NCBI GenBank assembly: GCA_025463565.1
Contig: JAODAT010000001.1
Coordinates: 9,490-73,489 of the forward strand
Length of the DNA stretch: 64,000 nucleotides
Source: Microbacteriaceae bacterium
GTDB lineage: Bacteria; Actinomycetota; Actinomycetes; Actinomycetales; Microbacteriaceae
Direction: 5' to 3'
The translations under genes were made by a program, and so were the position numbers. The notes beneath the pieces are model-generated. The model made no database searches and was not told the DNA's origin. It saw nothing but the letters and a program-made list of their open reading frames with translations. The stretch's first letter is position 1. Every line of letters begins with the position of its first letter. Of this stretch, positions 60,038 through 64,000 are shown piece after piece.

Positions 60038-61350
60038 GCCTCACCACCGCCCTCGGCCGGATCGGGCGTAAAGCGCACGCGTTCGATGCGGCGGCCGTCC
60101 ATGCGTTCGACACGGAAATCGCCGCCCTCGACCCGCACGATGTCTCCGGCGACGGGGATGCGACCCAGTTCGCTCATGATGAAGCCGGCGACGGTTTCGT
60201 ACGGCCCGTCTTCGGGCACCACCACGTCTGCCCGCTCGAGCAGTTCATCCGGCCGGAGACTCCCCGGGAAGGTGAGCCAGTTGCGCGAGCGCACAACCCC
60301 GGCCCGCGTGCGGTCGTGCTCGTCCGCCACCTCGCCGACCAGCTCCTCGACCAGGTCTTCGAGGGTGGCGACACCGGCGGTGCCGCCGTACTCGTCGACG
60401 ACGATCGCCATCTGGTAGCCGCGGCCCCTCAGCTCGCCGAGCAGCAGGTCGAGCTTCATGGTTTCCGGTACCCGCAGCGCGTCCGACTGGAGGGCGGACA
60501 CCGGTACGTCCGCGCGCTTCTCCCGTGGCACCGCGACCGCCTGCTTGATGTGCACGAGCCCGACGACGTCGTCGATTCCGTCATCGATCACCGGGAATCG
60601 CGAGTAGCCCGTGGTGCGCGCGAGGTCGATCACCGTCTGGGCGCTCTGGGTGCGCTCGACGCTGGCGAGCCGGGGGCGCGGAGTCATCACGTCGCTGGCG
60701 ACATGCTCGCTGAACACGAGGGTGCGGGCGAGCAGCGTTGCGGTGTCGCGATCGAGGCTGCCCTCGGTGGCCGAACGGCGCACGAGCGACCGCAGTTCCT
60801 CCGCCGTGCGCGCCGACGAGAGCTCCTCCCTCGGTTCGATCCCGAACAGGCGCAGCACGCCGTTCGCCGTCCCGTTGAGAAGAGCCACGAATGGCCGGAA
60901 GACTGTCGTGAAGATCACCTGGAAGGGGATGACCAGTTTGGCGGTGGGGATCGGCAGCGCCAGGGCGAAGTTCTTCGGCACGAGTTCACCGATGATCATC
61001 GAGATGAGCGTCGCGAGCACGATCGCAACGACGTAGGCCACGACCACCACGACTGGCTTCGCGATCCCGAGCGCCGTGAGCGGCGCGGTCAAGAGGAAGC
61101 TGATCGCCGGCTCCATCGTGTACCCGGTGAGGAGTGTGGTGAGCGTGATGCCGAGCTGCGCGCTGGAGAGGTGTGTGGAGGTGACGCGCAGGGCGGAGAT
61201 GGTCATCCCCAGGCCCTTTTCACCCCGCGCCGTGCGCGACTCGAGATCGGTGCGGTTGAGGTTCACCAGCGAGAACTCGGAGGCGACGAAGAAACCGGTT
61301 CCCACGGTGAGGAGAAGCCCGACGCCGAGCATGATCAGCTCAAAGGTCAT
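60034..61350 (-). CDS. CNNM/HlyC-CorC family (DUF21-CBS-CorC) protein
   Basis: FFVASEF, QLGIT, GELVPKN, VMTPR, SRFPV, DEYGGT, YETVAG. Confidence 0.93.
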   Translation of the reverse strand: MTFELIMLGVGLLLTVGTGFFVASEFSLVNLNRTDLESRTARGEKGLGMTISALRVTSTHLSSAQLGITLTTLLTGYTMEPAISFLLTAPLTALGIAKPVVVVVAYVVAIVLATLISMIIGELVPKNFALALPIPTAKLVIPFQVIFTTVFRPFVALLNGTANGVLRLFGIEPREELSSARTAEELRSLVRRSATEGSLDRDTATLLARTLVFSEHVASDVMTPRPRLASVERTQSAQTVIDLARTTGYSRFPVIDDGIDDVVGLVHIKQAVAVPREKRADVPVSALQSDALRVPETMKLDLLLGELRGRGYQMAIVVDEYGGTAGVATLEDLVEELVGEVADEHDRTRAGVVRSRNWLTFPGSLRPDELLERADVVVPEDGPYETVAGFIMSELGRIPVAGDIVRVEGGDFRVERMDGRRIERVRFTPDPAEGGGEA

Positions 61351-61382
61351 GATGCCCGGGTGCTACTCGGAGGGTCGCCCAT
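61347..61382 (-). CDS. Putative 11-aa leader peptide [11 protein letters not shown]
   Basis: ATG GGC GAC CCT CCG AGT AGC ACC CGG GCA TCA TGA; its stop overlaps the CNNM start (ATGA); -10 TACACT 10 nt upstream. Confidence 0.4.
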   Translation of the reverse strand: MGDPPSSTRAS

Positions 61383-61405
61383 TATCTACATGAGTGTACG
61401 GGAGG

Positions 61406-61474
61406 GCGGGTCGAGCTTGTCGAGACCTCACCGACTGGTTTCCCGCTGGTGAGGTCTCGACGAGCTCGACCCGC
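61406..61474. repeat. REP-like palindromic element copy 4 (intergenic, after guaB1)
   Basis: gcgggtcgagcttgtcgagacctcacc...ggtgaggtctcgacgagctcgacccgc. Confidence 0.9.
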
Positions 61475-61479
61475 TCCTG

Positions 61480-62919
61480 CTACCAGCTGACCGGGAGGGC
61501 TTTGCCTTCCTCATACCCCGCCGCCGACTGGATGCCGACCAGGGCCCGTTCGTGGAACTCTGCCAGCGTCGCGGCACCCGCGTAGGTGAGCGAGGACCGC
61601 ACACCCGACGTGATCATGTCGAGCAGGTCTTCGAGCGAGGGGCGCAACGGGTCGAGATAGATCTTCGACGACGAGATGCCCTCGGCGAAGAGCTCCTTGC
61701 GGGCGAGTTCGTACGGGTCGAGACGATCGAACCGTTCGTGCACGGCCTTGCTCGACGCCATGCCCCAGCTCTCTTTGTAGAGGCGGCCCGCCGCATCCGT
61801 CTCCAGGGTTCCCGGAGCTTCGATCGTTCCCGCGAACCAGGATCCGATCATGACGGATGCCGCCCCCGCCGCGAGGGCCAGCGCCACGTCTCTCGGGTAG
61901 CGGACACCGCCATCCGCCCAGACGTGCGCGCCGAGCTCCCGTGCCGCCGCGGCGGTCTCCAGCACCGCAGAGAACTGCGGCCGGCCGACCGCCGTCATCA
62001 TGCGGGTCGTGCACATTGCACCGGGGCCGACCCCGACCTTCACGATGGTGGCGCCCGCGCCGACGAGGTCTTTCACGGCGGCGGCGGGCACGACGTTTCC
62101 CGCAACGATCGGCAGGCCGAGATCGAGACCGGCGACGGTGCGGATGGCGCGCAGCATGCCCTCCTGGTGACCGTGCGCGGTGTCGAGCACGAGCACGTCG
62201 ACGCCGGCGGCGGCGAGCGCCCGGGCCTTGCTCTCCACATCGCCGTTGATGCCGACGGCCGCGGCGACCCGCAGTCGCCCGTTGCCGTCGAGGGCCGGCT
62301 GGTAGAGGGTCGAGCGGAGCGCTCCCGTGCGGCTGAGCGTGCCGACCAGGGCGCCGTGGTGCAGCACGGGAGCGAACTCGAGGTCGGCGGCGATCATCAG
62401 GTCGAATGCGGCTCGCGGGCTGGTGATGTCGTCGGCATCGATCGAGGTCAGGGGCCCGTGCAGGAGGTCGCCGAGTCGCGCGTCGGGCAGGGCGGTCCCC
62501 AGCCGCGACGCCTCGATGCAGCCGAGAAACGCGCCGGACTGGTCCCGAAGTGCGATTCCGTGACCCGCGACAGCGGGCACCAGGCGCAGCGCCTCGGCCA
62601 CACTCTGCTCGGGGCGGAACTCGATCGGGGCGTCGAAGACCACCGGCTGGTCTTTGACCCAGCGGATGGCTGCTGCGAGATCCTGCAGGTGAAGGTCCTG
62701 CGGCAGCACACCGAGGCCGCCCCGGCGCGCGAGGGTCGCCGCGAGGCGCGGACCGGTGACCGAATTCATGTTCGCGGAGACGATCGGAATGGTCGCGCCC
62801 GTGCCGTCCTGCGGCGCGAGCGAGACGCTCAGGCGCGATCCGACATCGGAGTGACTTGGCACCAGGAACACGTCCGAATAGGTGAGGTCGTGCTTCGGCG
62901 TCGTCTCGTAAAACTCCAT
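61480..62919 (-). CDS. guaB1: GuaB1-family IMPDH-like protein (GMP reductase)
   Basis: DLTYSDVFLVP, DTAHGHQ, KVGVGPGAMCTTR, ADGG, GMAS. Confidence 0.92.
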   Translation of the reverse strand: MEFYETTPKHDLTYSDVFLVPSHSDVGSRLSVSLAPQDGTGATIPIVSANMNSVTGPRLAATLARRGGLGVLPQDLHLQDLAAAIRWVKDQPVVFDAPIEFRPEQSVAEALRLVPAVAGHGIALRDQSGAFLGCIEASRLGTALPDARLGDLLHGPLTSIDADDITSPRAAFDLMIAADLEFAPVLHHGALVGTLSRTGALRSTLYQPALDGNGRLRVAAAVGINGDVESKARALAAAGVDVLVLDTAHGHQEGMLRAIRTVAGLDLGLPIVAGNVVPAAAVKDLVGAGATIVKVGVGPGAMCTTRMMTAVGRPQFSAVLETAAAARELGAHVWADGGVRYPRDVALALAAGAASVMIGSWFAGTIEAPGTLETDAAGRLYKESWGMASSKAVHERFDRLDPYELARKELFAEGISSSKIYLDPLRPSLEDLLDMITSGVRSSLTYAGAATLAEFHERALVGIQSAAGYEEGKALPVSW

Positions 62920-63059
62920 GATTTTAAACGTACTGCCTCCCCCTTCGGGGGGCGGTTGCCCCGTGCAAAAGGTTTAAGCTTGAAAGGTGCGTGACCAAAG
63001 GGCGGTCCGTAACAGATGTTCCGTGTCAAGATTTCGATTCAGAGAGTGGGCGGTCGGCT

Positions 63060-64000
63060 GTGACTAGCCAAGTAACCGGACTTATCCCAGAGGACGGCTC
63101 CTCTGGTGAATTCGGAGCCAACGAATGGCTCGTCGACGAGATGTACGAGCGGTACGTCGTCGACAAGAACTCGGTGGACCAGTCCTGGTGGCCCATCCTC
63201 GAGAGCTACCACCAGACCACCACCGAGCACGCGACAGAACAGGCTGCGCCTGCCGCTGATGCTGCGCCTTCCGCCGAGGTCAAGCCGACCGAGGCGAGCC
63301 AGCCCACCGCCACGCCCGAAGTTCTTGCTCCACCGGCGACGGCACCCGCTGACTTCGCACCCCCGACCTTGGTCACCGCAACGCCGGTCGCCGCAGCGCC
63401 CGGCACCGGAGCGCCCGTCACCGCAGCGCCAGCACCGGCCGCGGTGGCGCCCGGCACCGACCCAGCTCCCGCCACCGGCAGCACGCCGATCGCGCGCACC
63501 ACCTCGGTGCAGCCCAAGCCGCAGCCGATCCCGGCCGAGGCACCGTCGCTGGCCCCGACGGCACCGATCGCCACCGTGACGGACGAGACCGCGTCGGCAG
63601 AGCCGCAAGACGTAGTGTCCGCACTCAAGGGCGCGTCTAAGTCGCTCGCCGCGAACATGGATGCGAGCCTCACGGTTCCGACCGCCACCAGCGTGCGCAC
63701 GGTTCCGGCGAAACTCATGATCGACAACCGCATCGTGATCAACAACCACCTGAAGCGCGCTCGCGGCGGCAAGGTGTCGTTCACCCACATGCTCGCCTGG
63801 GCGATCGTGCAGACGCTCAAAGACTTCCCGAGCCAGAACGTCTTCTACGAGGAGGCCGACGGCAAGCCCTCGGTCGTCTCCCCGGCCCACATCAATCTCG
63901 GCATCGCTATCGACATCCCGAAGCCGGACGGCACCCGTTCGCTCGTCGTGCCCGGCATCAAGAACAGCGAGACCCTGAACTTCGCCGAGTTCCTCGCCGC
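63060..64000 (+). CDS. kgd: Multifunctional 2-oxoglutarate metabolism enzyme (5' part; runs off the right edge)
   Basis: GTG at 63060: ...EFGANEWLVDEMYERYVVDKNSVDQSWWP, P/A/T linker, NMDASLTVPTATSVR, DNRIVINNHLKRARGGKVSFTH. Confidence 0.95.
   Translation, partial: MTSQVTGLIPEDGSSGEFGANEWLVDEMYERYVVDKNSVDQSWWPILESYHQTTTEHATEQAAPAADAAPSAEVKPTEASQPTATPEVLAPPATAPADFAPPTLVTATPVAAAPGTGAPVTAAPAPAAVAPGTDPAPATGSTPIARTTSVQPKPQPIPAEAPSLAPTAPIATVTDETASAEPQDVVSALKGASKSLAANMDASLTVPTATSVRTVPAKLMIDNRIVINNHLKRARGGKVSFTHMLAWAIVQTLKDFPSQNVFYEEADGKPSVVSPAHINLGIAIDIPKPDGTRSLVVPGIKNSETLNFAEFLA

Noticed and set aside
62933-62957. cUUCGg hairpin between guaB1 and kgd as an ncRNA
   Set aside because: A single short hairpin with no second copy or other supporting signal.
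63230-63600. Pro/Ala/Thr-rich low-complexity stretch in kgd
   Set aside because: Ordinary flexible linker of actinobacterial Kgd.

Overview
High-GC actinobacterial chromosome segment; gene content and order suggest Microbacteriaceae. It is mostly housekeeping: the argS-DUF2993-lysA-hom-thrC-thrB-rho-prfA run on the minus strand, tRNA-Arg(CCG), a RamB/PrpR-like regulator facing pckG, an mshA-like glycosyltransferase, tandem SDRs, a YtrA-like GntR/ABC operon, several efflux/regulator pairs, ung, metY-metX, an RR-HK-pseudoHK-RR cluster, nnrD, two CNNM/HlyC genes, guaB1 and the 5' end of kgd. I saw no integrase, transposase or CRISPR array. The best novel signal is the mostly non-coding 13.5-14.65 kb region. 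It holds two paralogous two-hairpin RNA candidates with identical loops (CCUGAUCC and UUGUGGUUAC), covarying stems and their own -10 boxes, plus a third, divergent hairpin RNA candidate whose GGUAACCA is complementary to their loop. Other notable items: a palindromic REP-like element translated in frame inside lysA (twice) and DUF2993, a DPP-containing uORF coupled to the CNNM operon, a probable CTG-start SDR, and a Rho with an internal duplication and a Q/N/G-rich region. All family assignments come from motif recognition, not database searches.
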